NCBI RefSeq assembly: GCF_006345805.1
Contig: NW_021836546.1
Location: 1-23,620 of the forward strand
Reading direction: 5' to 3'
DNA length: 23,620 bases
DNA from: Octopus sinensis
Lineage: Eukaryota
The notes beneath the pieces are model-generated. The model did not search any database. It was not told the DNA's origin and saw nothing but the letters and a program-made list of their open reading frames with translations. Both the position numbers and the translations under genes were made by a program. Within the stretch, counting starts at the first letter, position 1. Each line of letters begins with the position of its first letter. Of this stretch, positions 1 through 11,470 are shown piece after piece.

Positions 1-135
1 TATTTGAACATGCACGCCTGTGCATATAGGAAATTGTATGCTTACTTTAAACGTTATATGCTTATTATTTTGTGTATATAAGTTTATGTAGGCAAGTGAA
101 TATCGAAGCAAACATACGCACCCGCGTGCATATAT

Positions 136-650
<515 letters not shown>

Positions 651-674
651 CGCAGATGCCTTAGATGCATGTGT

Positions 675-845
675 GGGGCAGACATAGCTCTCTGGTTAAG
701 AAGTTCGTTTCACACCCACGTGATGTCCAGTATGACTTCAATACGTGACAACTTGTGCATGTGCCTTCTACTATCGCCTTGGAATCACCAATATTGTACG
801 AATGGAATTTGGGAGACACAAACTAAACGAAACTCCACCGAATGT
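675..845 (+). mobile_element. Highly diverged 5' half of the CORE-like SINE (family C)
   Basis: ggggcagacatagctctctggttaagaag...cttgtgcatgtgccttctactatcgcc...gaatttgggagacacaaact aligns loosely with the reverse complement of the better copies at 14752-15127 and 20562-20722. Confidence 0.5.
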
Positions 846-1204
846 GTGTGTGTGTGTGTGTGTTTATGTGTGCGTGCTGTGTACATGTGTGTATGTGTGT
901 ATGTGCGCGCATGTGATTGCGTGTGTGTGAGTGCATGCGCGGCTGCTGTATTTGTTTCGTAAGATTCATGGCGTAAAATCGTGTGTTGAACTTAATGTTG
1001 TATCTTGGGGAAGGTCATTTTTGCCCACACAACGTGACAGACGAAAACCAACAAGAGCAAATCATTGACGAGGTCGCGAACCACAATGAAAGGAATCTGG
1101 CAAACAAACTAACTGATTGATCAATTGATTGATTAATTGATCAAACGATTAGCCAAGCAATTGATTAATTATTGGTTAATTAGTTAACTACATGGCTAAT
1201 AACA

Positions 1205-1415
1205 ATAGTTTCTGATTTTGGTACAAAACCAATAATTATGAGAGGTGGAGAAAGTCGATACCATCATTTTCAAGTACTCTATTTTATCGACCGAGAAGAG
1301 AAAAGAAATACAAATTTAACCTAGGCGCGATTTGAACTCAGAACATAAAGAGAAAGATGAAACACCGTAAGGTATTTTTTCCGTCACTCAAACAATTCTG
1401 CGAATCCACTACCCT
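1205..1415 (-). mobile_element. Degraded tRNA-headed SINE (family A)
   Basis: ttttatcgac...atttgaactcagaac (reverse-complement B box GTTCTGAGTTCAAAT) shared with intact copies. Confidence 0.65.
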
Positions 1416-1429
1416 TAGCTGATTAATAA

Positions 1430-1672
1430 TTGTTTTCGATTCGGGCACAATACCAACCATTTTTTGAGGGTATTTGCTTGTCGATAGCATCGACCCCAGT
1501 ACTAAAATAGTACGTTAATTTATCGACACCGGAGGAATGAAATGAATGAAATTTGACTTCCGCTGAATTTGAACTCAGTACGTAAAGAGCAAGAGAAAAT
1601 ACCGCAAGACATTCTGTTTTTTTGGGGTTTTTTACGACACCATTATGATACTACGAATCCGCCATCTTTGGT
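1430..1672 (-). mobile_element. Degraded SINE family A copy
   Basis: atcgaccccagtact...tttatcgacacc...gaatttgaactcagtacgtaaag...aaataccgc. Confidence 0.7.
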
Positions 1673-1689
1673 TGACTAATAATAATAAT

Positions 1690-1883
1690 GGTTTCAAATT
1701 TTGCAAAAAGGGCAGCAATCCTAAGGGAGAGGATAAGTCGATTACATCGACCCCAGTGTTTCACTGATACTTATTTTATCGACCCCGGAAGGATGAAAGG
1801 TAAAGTCGACCTCAACGAAATTTGAACTCACAACGTAAAAACGTAAGCATTTTGTCCAGCGTGCTAACGGTTCTACCAGCTCG
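1690..1883 (-). mobile_element. SINE family A copy
   Basis: Tail ggtttcaaattttg, central tttatcgaccccggaaggatgaaaggtaaagtcgacctc, head gtgctaacggttctaccagctcg. Confidence 0.85.
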
Positions 1884-1928
<45 letters not shown>

Positions 1929-1933
1929 TCTAA

Positions 1934-2271
1934 TCTGATCACGAGCAGAAGTAATGTGTTGAGAGGGATTCTTTGGAGTTTGAATAATTCACCTCTGGAC
2001 ACATGGGTGGTTCTTTCAACATCCTTAAACAACCCTTATTCAGGGACCTTTTGAGCGGGATGGGCTACTCAACCAGAAGAAAATTCTAACTGGGCCCCAC
2101 CTGCAAGGTCATGCGCTGTTTATCTTGATATGAGATCACCATGTCGCGCGCATATGGTTGTGATGCATCTGCCTGGTGTACCCTTATCAGACGGGTAGTC
2201 ATGATGGGTAAATTGGGCTTCGTATATTTTACCCCAGTGTCACTTTGATGGCATGAACTGCTCTCTCACTC
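1934..2271 (+). mobile_element. 5'-truncated non-LTR-type element embedded in (AAT)n; 3' UTR-like, possibly R4/Dong-related
   Basis: Near-identical to 19536-19892; (ATA)n at 1884-1928 upstream and (AAT)n at 2272-2369 downstream. The clade assignment is inferred from target type only. Confidence 0.75.
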
Positions 2272-2304
2272 AATAATAATAATAATAATAACAATAATAA
2301 TAAC

Positions 2305-2338
<34 letters not shown>

Positions 2339-2370
2339 TAATAATAATAATAATAATAGTAATAAATAAT

Positions 2371-2534
2371 CCATTCTACTATAGGCACAAGACCTGATAT
2401 TTTGATGGTGGAGACTAGTCGATTACACAGACCTCAGTGTTTCACTGGTACGTAAGTTATCGACCTCGAAAGGATGAAAGGCACAGTCCACCTCAGAACT
2501 CAGAACGTAACTGCCAACGATTCTGCCAGCTCAG
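2371..2534 (-). mobile_element. SINE family A copy with internal deletions
   Basis: ccattctactataggcacaagacctg tail, cgacctcgaaaggatgaaaggc core, aacgattctgccagctc head. Confidence 0.85.
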
Positions 2535-2553
2535 TGATAATAATAATAATAAT

Positions 2554-2764
2554 CCTTTCTACTGTAAGCACAAGGCCTGAAATTTGGGGGAGAGGGATAG
2601 CTGATTGTATCAACGCCAGTGTTTCACTGGTACTTCATTTATCGACCCCGAAAGGATAAAAGCCAAAGTCGAACTCGGCGGAATTTGAACTCAGAACGTA
2701 AAGACGGACGAAATGTCACTAAGCATTTCTCCCAGCGTGCTAACGATTCTAGCAGCTCACCGCT
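2554..2764 (-). mobile_element. Near full-length SINE family A copy
   Basis: Tail, core and tRNA-like head (gaatttgaactcagaacg; gtgctaacgattctagcagctcaccgc) all present. Confidence 0.9.
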
Positions 2765-2791
2765 GAAATAATAGTACTAATAATAATAATA

Positions 2792-2840
2792 ATTTTGGGT
2801 GAGAGGACCGACCAGTCGATTAGATCGGCCCCAGTACGTA
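2792..2840 (-). mobile_element. SINE family A 3' fragment
   Basis: ccagtcgattagatcggccccagtacg is the reverse complement of cgtactggggtcgatctaatcgactgg seen at about 9683-9710 (9690 differs). Confidence 0.6.
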
Positions 2841-3393
<553 letters not shown>

Positions 3394-3478
3394 AGTTAGG
3401 GAGGAAATAAACACATGAGATCTCTCTCTCTTTTAGGTATGTAGGTAGGTAGGTAGGTAGGTAGGTAGGTAGATAGAT

Positions 3479-3843
3479 AAAAGTTTCTTTATTGGCCACA
3501 CAGGGCTGCACACAGATGGGACAAGTTACAAGGTAGAGCTTTTCTTTTGGGGGATGAAAAAAAAAGAAAAAAAAGGTGGCGTAGGTTTTCGGTCAAAAGG
3601 GATCGTAAAAGGGAAAAAAGAACAAAAAAAAAGAAAAGAAAAAAAGAAAAAAAGGAAAAGGAACAAAAGAAAATAAAAATTAAAAAAGAAGAAAAAGAGG
3701 TAAAAAAGGGGAAGAAGAAGAAAACGATCAATAGGGATCGTGTATCACAGTGTCATGATGTATGGTGTAAAGGGGAAAGCAAGTAAGGTTTATCCGTGGG
3801 AAGAAAAGCCTACGAAAAAGACCACGGTAACCTTGGTCAATAT
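3479..3843 (-). mobile_element. Same family, copy 2, with an expanded internal pyrimidine tract
   Basis: Same shared motifs; AATAAA at 3488-3493; GGTA/GATA repeats on both sides. Confidence 0.65.
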
Positions 3844-3844
3844 T

Positions 3845-3877
<33 letters not shown>

Positions 3878-3986
3878 GAAGGGAGGTTTGTTAAAAGGCA
3901 TGTAGTAAAGTTGGAAGACAAATCGACAATGTTTTTTAGGGACTGTTTATTCCTCTTGGGGATGTTTTCCCTGCCTAAAGGAAACA

Positions 3987-3987
<1 letters not shown>

Positions 3988-4023
<36 letters not shown>

Positions 4024-4941
4024 GCTGTCTATCTATATCTATCTAACTCCTCTCTTATATACTATCTCTTTTCTCTGTATTTCATTCTCTCTCTTCTCCC
4101 TCTCTCTCTCATTTCCCTTTTCTCTCTTCTCTCTCTTCTCCTCTTTATCATTTCCTTTCTCTATTTCCCTCACCCACTCTCCCACCCTCTTCTCTCCCAT
4201 CTCACTTTGCTTTCCCTCTCTATCTCCCTCTATCTCCCTCACCTTCTCTGTCTCCTTTCCACTTCCTCCTTTCCCCGTCTCTCCCTCAATTTCCTCTCTT
4301 TCTCTCTTTTCCCTCAATCTCTCCTTACGCTCCCTCCTCTCTCTCTCTCTCTTTTATCATCCTTCTCTCTCTTTCATACCTCATATTCCCTCTCCCTACT
4401 TATAACTTATTCTTTTTTTCTTCATTCCATACATCTCTCTTCGTTTCCATCTCTTCCTTCTCCTCCATTCACCTAGTGCTCATTCTTTGCATCTATCTTT
4501 CATTCTTCATCATTCCACCTCAATCATTCAAAATTTTATCCTTCTACTCATTCCCCTCCACAACTTCTTTCTTTCATCTCATTCTTACTTTTTCTTTCTA
4601 TATCATTCATTCATCCTATAAATTCTTTCCCTCTTTCTCTCTACCTCTTTATATATACTTTTCTCATTTTATACTCTTCTTCCTTCTTTCCCATCATTCT
4701 ATTTCTTTCTCTTAGTCCTTTTGCTCTACCTACTATAAATCAATCTATCTCTTACTTTTCTTAGTCCATTACACTTTCTGTCTCTCCTCTGTTTCCTTCT
4801 CTCTCTCTCATTCACCCCCCCCCCTTTACATATTCTCCTTATTTTCTATTTCTCTCTTATTTTTATTTTTATTTTTCTCCCTCTTTCAGTGTCGTTCTCT
4901 CTCTTAATTATTTTGCTCTATCTGTCTAATTATATCTATCA

Positions 4942-5000
<59 letters not shown>

Positions 5001-5210
5001 ATCACTCTATCTATCTATCTATCCATCTCTCGTTCCTTCTCTCCTATTTGACCTTTCCTTCCTCTGCTTTATTACTCGTCCCCTCAATTATTTAACTCTA
5101 TTTCTCTGTCTATCAATCTATTTCATTATCTCATTCTATTCTCACATTTCATTGCCCTTTTTGTCTCTATTCTCTCTGTCCTTCACTCTCTCTCACTCTC
5201 TCTCTCTCCA
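3988..5210. repeat. About 1.2 kb CT-rich polypyrimidine low-complexity tract with (CT)n and (TATC)n
   Basis: Direct inspection. Confidence 0.9.
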
Positions 5211-5671
5211 CTTTATTTGCCACAACATTTTATAGTGGGGTACAGCTTAAAACATACTCTTTATCACATTTTTAAAAATTTTATTTATGTCGTACATAAC
5301 TCTTCAGCATCATCTCTTTTTCTCCAGCTCTTCCACCATAATTTTTTACTTATTTATTTATCTATTTATTCCTTTATTTTTTATTTATGTCTTATGTCTG
5401 TCCTTCGTTGCCCTTCACTTTCTCTTCTTTATTTCTACCTTTATCTTTCCCCTTCTTTATGTTTTCTCGCAGTTAACAATTGCTAAACAAAATACGGTTG
5501 TATGAACATCAACAGACAAACGCATCCCCCTCTTCCCACCATACAACCACACACATGTACAGAAATAAAGACAGAACAATAGAAATAAAAAAAAAACATG
5601 CAACAGCTATAGAACCCTTTCCCAAAAATAGCGACACACACACACACACACATACACACACACACGCACAC

Positions 5672-5751
5672 CTAGGTTCTCAGTGGCTTTGTGAGTCGTT
5701 GAGTTTTGAGAGAAGGACACCCGTTGAATAACGGTCATTCACTATGGTTCT
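5672..5751 (-). other. Candidate minus-strand exon (80 nt), possibly carrying a start codon
   Basis: Acceptor ttttgtcttgcag, donor TAG|gtgtgc; ATG at 5738 is open to the donor (MTVIQRVSFSQNSTTHKATENL); weak Kozak context; no homology recognised. Confidence 0.3.
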
Positions 5752-5992
5752 CTGCAAGACAAAACTAGTCGACTAACAACAACAACAAACGATAAAAGAC
5801 AATACAAAATAAATAAGTAAATGAACGAACTTTTTCGTCCATGTAATAATTCAACCAGCCAATCCGACTTACAATGTTCAGTTTGCGCTGTTTTCGTTTA
5901 TCAGAGGAAATTCTTCTACCACGCATGGTTCGCGTTAACACCCAATGACAAAGATTAGACGTTTGATGTTTTTCAGCACATCAAATTAGCAA

Positions 5993-6039
5993 GCCTAGCC
6001 TAACCTAGCCTAGCCTAGCCTAGCCTAGCCTAGCCTAGC
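5993..6039. repeat. (CTAGC)n pentanucleotide repeat
   Basis: Direct inspection. Confidence 0.9.
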
Positions 6040-6611
6040 AAAGCACGCTAACTGGCTAACAGTAGCTGGCTGACTGGCTGCCTGGCTGGCTAGATGGATG
6101 GAGGATGGATGGATGGTTGAGTTTATTTTTGAGCCAACTCGTCAACAAATGTTATGAAAGTTTGTTTTAGAAGATGTATATATACATATCGCCAAATTGT
6201 TCGATCGCTCGTTCGTTCGATCGTTCGTACGTTTGTTTGTTCATTTGTTTGTGCCCTTTAACACCCACTCCCTCTCCCTTTCGCCATCTCGCCCACTCAC
6301 CGACTTAACAGAACACAAGCACCTCATACTTCAACAACACCGCCGCCATGTTTTTTCGCCTTTCTTTTATTATTTAATATCTCTAGTCACACGGAACGAA
6401 CTGTGAAATTGCAAGAGTATAAAATTCAATAGATATGTGTGTCGTGGACGTTCGTGTGTGGAGGGGATTACAATACAACCGAAAAGTCACTATTTTGATG
6501 GTTCGGCAGCTTTAGATAAATACCTGTCCATTGAAGTTTAGTACCGGTTACATTTCCTTTCAAATGGCAAAAGAAGAACAGAAATCAGTGGTTATTGTAT
6601 AAAAGCGCGCG

Positions 6612-6689
6612 ATGGATGTCGGTCCCGTTTGGGCGACCAACTCTATCGATATTGAAAACGTAGTTCTTTACAATAAGCTGGCTTCTGTA
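6612..6689 (+). CDS. Candidate first coding exon of an unidentified gene (MDVGPVWATNSIDIENVVLYNKLASV, phase 0)
   Basis: ATG in gcgATGG context, in-frame upstream stop at 6600-6602, 26 codons of normal composition, consensus donor GTA|gtaagt; product not recognised. Confidence 0.45.
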
Positions 6690-6954
6690 GTAAGTTTAAA
6701 CAAGCCGCCACGCACCCACCGATGCCAAAAATTTTTATCAAATACCACAGACAGAGAACGGAATTGTAACACTTCTGATACTTTATTTCCTCCGACATTA
6801 TCTTTTCACACTGAACAACGTTACCGACTTCGCCCTTCAACGATCACTTTTTCGCTTTGTATTGCAGCACAGCTAGGCGGCCGGCCGGCCTCCCCATGAT
6901 ACGATGTCGTGGTTTGCTTTCATATTCATGATGTATATGTGTGTCCGTCATTTA

Positions 6955-7043
6955 AGACATCATACATACATATATACATACACACATGTATGGATGTATA
7001 TATGTGTGTATGCATGTGTATATATATATATATATATACACAT

Positions 7044-7083
<40 letters not shown>

Positions 7084-7595
7084 AGATACATACGTGTATA
7101 CACATATGCATATAATGTATAAATTATACATACAAATTATGACATATATATATAATTTAATCCTATTGTATATGCATGTGTATATAAATATTATATATAT
7201 ATATATATATACACGCGTGTGTGTGTATGAAATAATATATATATATATATATATATAATAATATATATATGCGTTCATATAAACATATATATATGTATAC
7301 ACATACACAGACAAATATATACATATGCATATACAATTATGTATGTCATGTGTGCTTAATGTATACATTCCAGTGTATTAAGTGAATATTCAATTATGTG
7401 TATACTTACATACTCATATTATTATGCATCATTATATATTAAATATATGTGGTGCGTGTGCGTATGTCTATATATGCGTGTACTTATGAACACATTCCCA
7501 TACATGTGTGTGTGTGTATGTGTGTATGTATATGTGTATATATATATATATATATTACACACATTCATAGATATATGTGAACAGATATCTATAAG

Positions 7596-7626
<31 letters not shown>

Positions 7627-7645
7627 CATATACAGACATATATAA

Positions 7646-7692
<47 letters not shown>

Positions 7693-7865
7693 AGTATTTA
7701 TATATGTATATATATATATACACGTATTTATATATGTATGTGTGTTGTATGTATGTATGTATGTATGTATGTATGTATGCATATTTGTATATTCAGACAA
7801 ACGTACATATGCGGGCTTATATCAATCTACAGGTGTGATAGATAGATAGATAGATAGATTGACAT

Positions 7866-7923
<58 letters not shown>

Positions 7924-8226
7924 GGGTATCTACGTATAGGGAGGTATGTGTGTGCGAATATTTGTGCATAAGTATATATGCAAACATGCATGCATACATA
8001 CATACATACATACATACATACATACATACATACATACATACATACATACATACATACATACATACAACATACATACATACATACATAATACATACATACA
8101 TACATACATACATACATACATACATACATACATACATACATACATACATACATACATACATACATACATACATACATACATACATACATACATACATACA
8201 TACATAACATTTACTACCTACATACA

Positions 8227-8257
<31 letters not shown>

Positions 8258-8366
8258 CATACATACATACATACATACATACATACATACATACATACAT
8301 AATACATACATACATACATACTACATACAACATACATAATACATACATACATACATACATACATAC
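6955..8366. repeat. Compound microsatellite field (AT)n, (GTAT)n, (GATA)n and a long (CATA)n at about 7993-8366
   Basis: Direct inspection. Confidence 0.95.
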
Positions 8367-8639
8367 ATAGTGAAATTAGGGAGCTTGATATGTCAAGCTC
8401 GTATGGGATACTCAATTCTAGATCCTGAAACAGAAAATTTGTTTTGAAGTTTTGAATTAAATCAATAACCAAAATATGTGAAAGAGAGACTATTGACACT
8501 AAACAAATGTAGAATATATTTGTTTTATTTTGTTTTGTGGGGAGGGGTCATTTTTAATTGTTCTCAAAATAGTTCTACTTGTAATTCTTGTGTAAGATTT
8601 TTCCATCGTAAGAAAACTACTAAAGAATAATATAATCCA

Positions 8640-8818
8640 GTTCTATATTTAAGAGATGAGGAATTATGTATATTATTTACATTATTTACATTTGATGGAT
8701 ATTTGTCCTCATCTTATTTGTTGTTAACACGACGTTTCGGCTGATATACCCTCCGGCCTTCATCAGGTGTCTTGGGGAAATTTTGAACGTGGGTTCTGAT
8801 TCCTAAGGTATTTTTAGA

Positions 8819-8853
<35 letters not shown>

Positions 8854-8916
8854 TCACTGCCTAGAATCGAACTCGGAATCTTGGGGTTAGTAGCCAACGC
8901 TCTTAACCAATACGCC
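8640..8916 (-). mobile_element. tRNA-derived SINE carrying a hammerhead ribozyme; flanked by a 13-bp TSD
   Basis: Direct repeat ATAATATAATCCA at 8627-8639 and 8917-8929; minus-strand head with A-box-like TGGCGTATTGG and B box GTTCGATTC; internal (AAT)n; hammerhead at 8726-8771. Confidence 0.85.
8726..8771 (-). ncRNA. Minimal type I hammerhead ribozyme (Penelope-like variant)
   Basis: GACAC-CUGAUGA-A-GGCCG(loop)CAGCC-GAAA-CGUC/GUGUU: stem I of 5 bp, stem II of 5 bp with one C-A mismatch, palindromic ACGU stem III, GUC triplet with predicted cut between 8731 and 8730. Confidence 0.8.
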
Positions 8917-9357
8917 ATAATATAATCCACCTATAATCCATGGAATGTACTAAATAGCTGTAAAATTAGGAAGTTCCTACGTGGTGATTTAAGATGCTAA
9001 AAATAGCAGCCAAATATCAAATGTCTCTCAAATTACATCTTGCAGTTTTAAAATAGGAGAGATATATTGGATAAGATAATGCTGCATCAACACAATAGTA
9101 AGATTTGAGTTTTTTAAATAAAGTATACTTTAAAGGCAGGGGATCGGCAAAATGGTTAGCATTGACCCTTGAAAGTGTAAGTGACTTTCCACCTGAAAAG
9201 ATTTTGAGTATTAAAGGGTGCTGGGTTACTAAGAAACAGAATCTGGAAGAACTTAAGTAATTTAAAGACTAAAACTCACTAATTTCCGCCCAAATATCGA
9301 TACTATAACTAGTATTCGCCAAATAAATATTTCACATTTAATATTATGACTATTTAA

Positions 9358-9760
9358 AGCGGCGTGATGGCAGAATCGTTAGCACGCCGGGCGAAATGAT
9401 TAGCAGTATTTCGTCTGCCGCTACGTTCTGAGTTCAAATTCCGCCGAGGTCGACTTTGCCTTTCATCCTTTCGTGGTCGATTAAATAAGTACCAGTTGCG
9501 CACTGGGGTCGATGTAATCAACTTAATCCGTTTGTCTGTCCTTCTTTGTCCTCTCTGTGTTTAGCCCCTTGTGGGTAGTAAAGAAATAAGTATTTCGTCT
9601 GTCTTTACGATCTGAGTTCAAATTCCACCGAGGTCAACTTTGTCTTTCATCCTTTGAGGGTCGATAAATTAAGTACCAGTTGCGTACTGTGGTCGATCTA
9701 ATCGACTGGCCTCCTCTCCAAAAATTTTGCGCCTTGTACCTAGAGTGGAAAAGAATATTA
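9358..9760 (+). mobile_element. Dimeric SINE: family B monomer (9358-9588) fused to the 3' part of family A
   Basis: Head tggcagaatcgttagc and gttctgagttcaaattcc, core, B tail cttaatccgtttgtctgtcc...aaagaaata, then gtatttcgtct...second core and A tail. Confidence 0.9.
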
Positions 9761-9770
9761 TGACTATCTA

Positions 9771-10190
9771 AAGCGGCGAGATGGCAGAATCGTTAGCACT
9801 CCGAGCGAAATGATTAGCAGTATTTCGTCTGCTGCTACGTTCTGAGTTCAAATTCCGCCGAGGTCGACTTTGCCTTTCATCCTTTCGGGGTCGATTAAAT
9901 AAGTACCAGTTACGCACTGGGGTCGATATAATCGACTTAATCCGTTTGTCTGTCCTTGCTTAACCTCTCTGTGTTTAGCCCCTTGTGAGTAGTAAAGTAA
10001 TAGGTATTTCGTCTATTTTACGTTCTGAGTTCAAATTCTGCCGAAGTCGACTTTACCTTTCATGCTTACGGGGTCGATAAATTAAGTGCCAGTTGCGTAC
10101 TAAGGTCGACCTAATCGATTGGCCCACCCTCTCCAAAAATTTCGGCCTTTGTGCCTTGTGTAGAAAATAATATCATAGAAAAGAATATTA
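9771..10190 (+). mobile_element. Second B+A' dimeric SINE, head-to-tail with the first
   Basis: Same organisation; junction at 10002/10003. Confidence 0.9.
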
Positions 10191-10200
10191 TATAATAATA

Positions 10201-10375
10201 AAGCGGCGAGCTGGCGGGATCGTTAGCACGCTGGGTAAAGTGTTTAGCGGCATTTCGTCCATCATTATGTTGCAAGTTCAATTCCGCCGAGTTGAGCACT
10301 GCAGTCGACGCAATCGACTTACTTCCACGTCCGATCTAGCTGGCATTGTGCCAGAATTTGGCACTAATGTTATTA
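10201..10375 (+). mobile_element. SINE family A copy with the core deleted
   Basis: aagcggcgagctggcgggatcgttagcacg head; tail ttgtgccagaatttgg. Confidence 0.75.
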
Positions 10376-10382
10376 CTATACT

Positions 10383-10565
10383 GAAGGCGGTGAGCTGACA
10401 GAATCGCTAGCACGCCGAGCAAAATGTTTAGCGGTATTTCGTCCGTCTTTTACGTTCTGAGTTCAAACTCCACCGAGGTCGATAAAATAACTACCAGTTG
10501 AGCATTGAGCTTACTCCCTCTCCTTCGAATCTGCTAGCCTTGTGCCAAAATTGGAAGCCAGTATC
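10383..10565 (+). mobile_element. SINE family A copy with a deletion between two GGTCGA motifs
   Basis: ccgaggtcga joins directly to taaaataactaccag. Confidence 0.8.
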
Positions 10566-11162
10566 TTCACTATATCAATTTAAAAGGATATAGTACTTAC
10601 GCTAGGTATTTTCATTAAATTCCTTTGAATATTTCTTATCAAAAAGTAATAATAACGCAAAAGAATGAAGGAATTATTTTTAAATCAATAATTACGCAGT
10701 GTTCTTGAGCAAAATACCTCATGATGCCGCTCTAGTCCACTCAACAATAGCTGGGAAATTAACTCTACGACGGACTAGCGTCCCGTTCAAGAGAGAGTGT
10801 TGAAATCTATATATACACCATGAAAACCAAGTTAAGTTCCAGCCTTAATGGTCTTAGGGCTCATAACAGACCTAAGTCATGTATTAAGGAATGAATTATG
10901 ATGAAACTGTCACATTTTTAAGTCAAGCATCACTTAATTCCTGATTCTTTATTCGATACTTCTCAGAAGTAGTTTATTATTTCTACAACGTGTACCAACA
11001 CTATCGATTCAACATTCCTTTAAATTAAATTCTTTTTATATCTGTCAATATTCGGAATTATCTCTCAATATTCGGCAATCAGTCGACGAGGCAAATTTTA
11101 TAACACCACAATAGAACATAATATATACGAATATATGTAGGGATGTATATTTACATAAACGT

Positions 11163-11470
11163 TTTCCACTAACGCCATAGGCTGACCAAAGCTTTGTGAG
11201 TGAATTTGGTAGGCGGAAACTGAAAGAAGCCCGTCGTTTATACGTATGCGTGTCTGTCTGTCCGCGTTTCTGTGTTTGTCCCCCACAACTGCTTGACAAC
11301 CGGTGTTGGTGTGCTTACATCCCCGTAAGTTAACAGTTCTGCAAAAGGCATGGATAGAATAAGTACCAGTCTTAAAAGAAAACGTACTGGGAGTCGACTC
11401 ATTCGTCTAAAATTCTTCAAGGTGGTGCTCTAGTATGTCCGCAGTCTAATGACTGAAACAAATAAAAGAG
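11163..11470 (+). mobile_element. 5'-truncated SINE family C
   Basis: gaatttggtaggcggaaactgaaagaagcccgtcg...cgcagtctaatgactgaaacaaataaaagag is colinear with the reverse complement of 14752-15127. Confidence 0.85.

Larger units (their letters stand above)
5800..6900. promoter_or_regulatory. CpG-rich non-repetitive island, probable promoter/first-exon region
   Basis: Visibly more CpG than the flanks; AGCCAATC near 5857-5864; YY1-like AACATGGCGGCGG on the minus strand at about 6340-6352; strong donors on both strands (minus GTCG|gtgagt at 6301; plus GTA|gtaagt at 6689). Confidence 0.55.

Noticed and set aside
1205-2840. CRISPR-like or satellite array
   Set aside because: The repeats are long degenerate SINE copies in eukaryotic DNA, without constant repeat-spacer periodicity.
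8367-8424. Minus-strand exon candidate DLELSIPYELDISSSLISL
   Set aside because: The acceptor is good but the donor is supplied by a (GTAT)n microsatellite; there is no homology and it is opposite to the better plus-strand candidates. The internal 8-bp hairpin is within chance.
8850-8916. tRNA gene call for the tRNA-like head (and the other SINE heads)
   Set aside because: A and B boxes are present but there is no acceptor stem, and the head is embedded in a TSD-flanked repeat.
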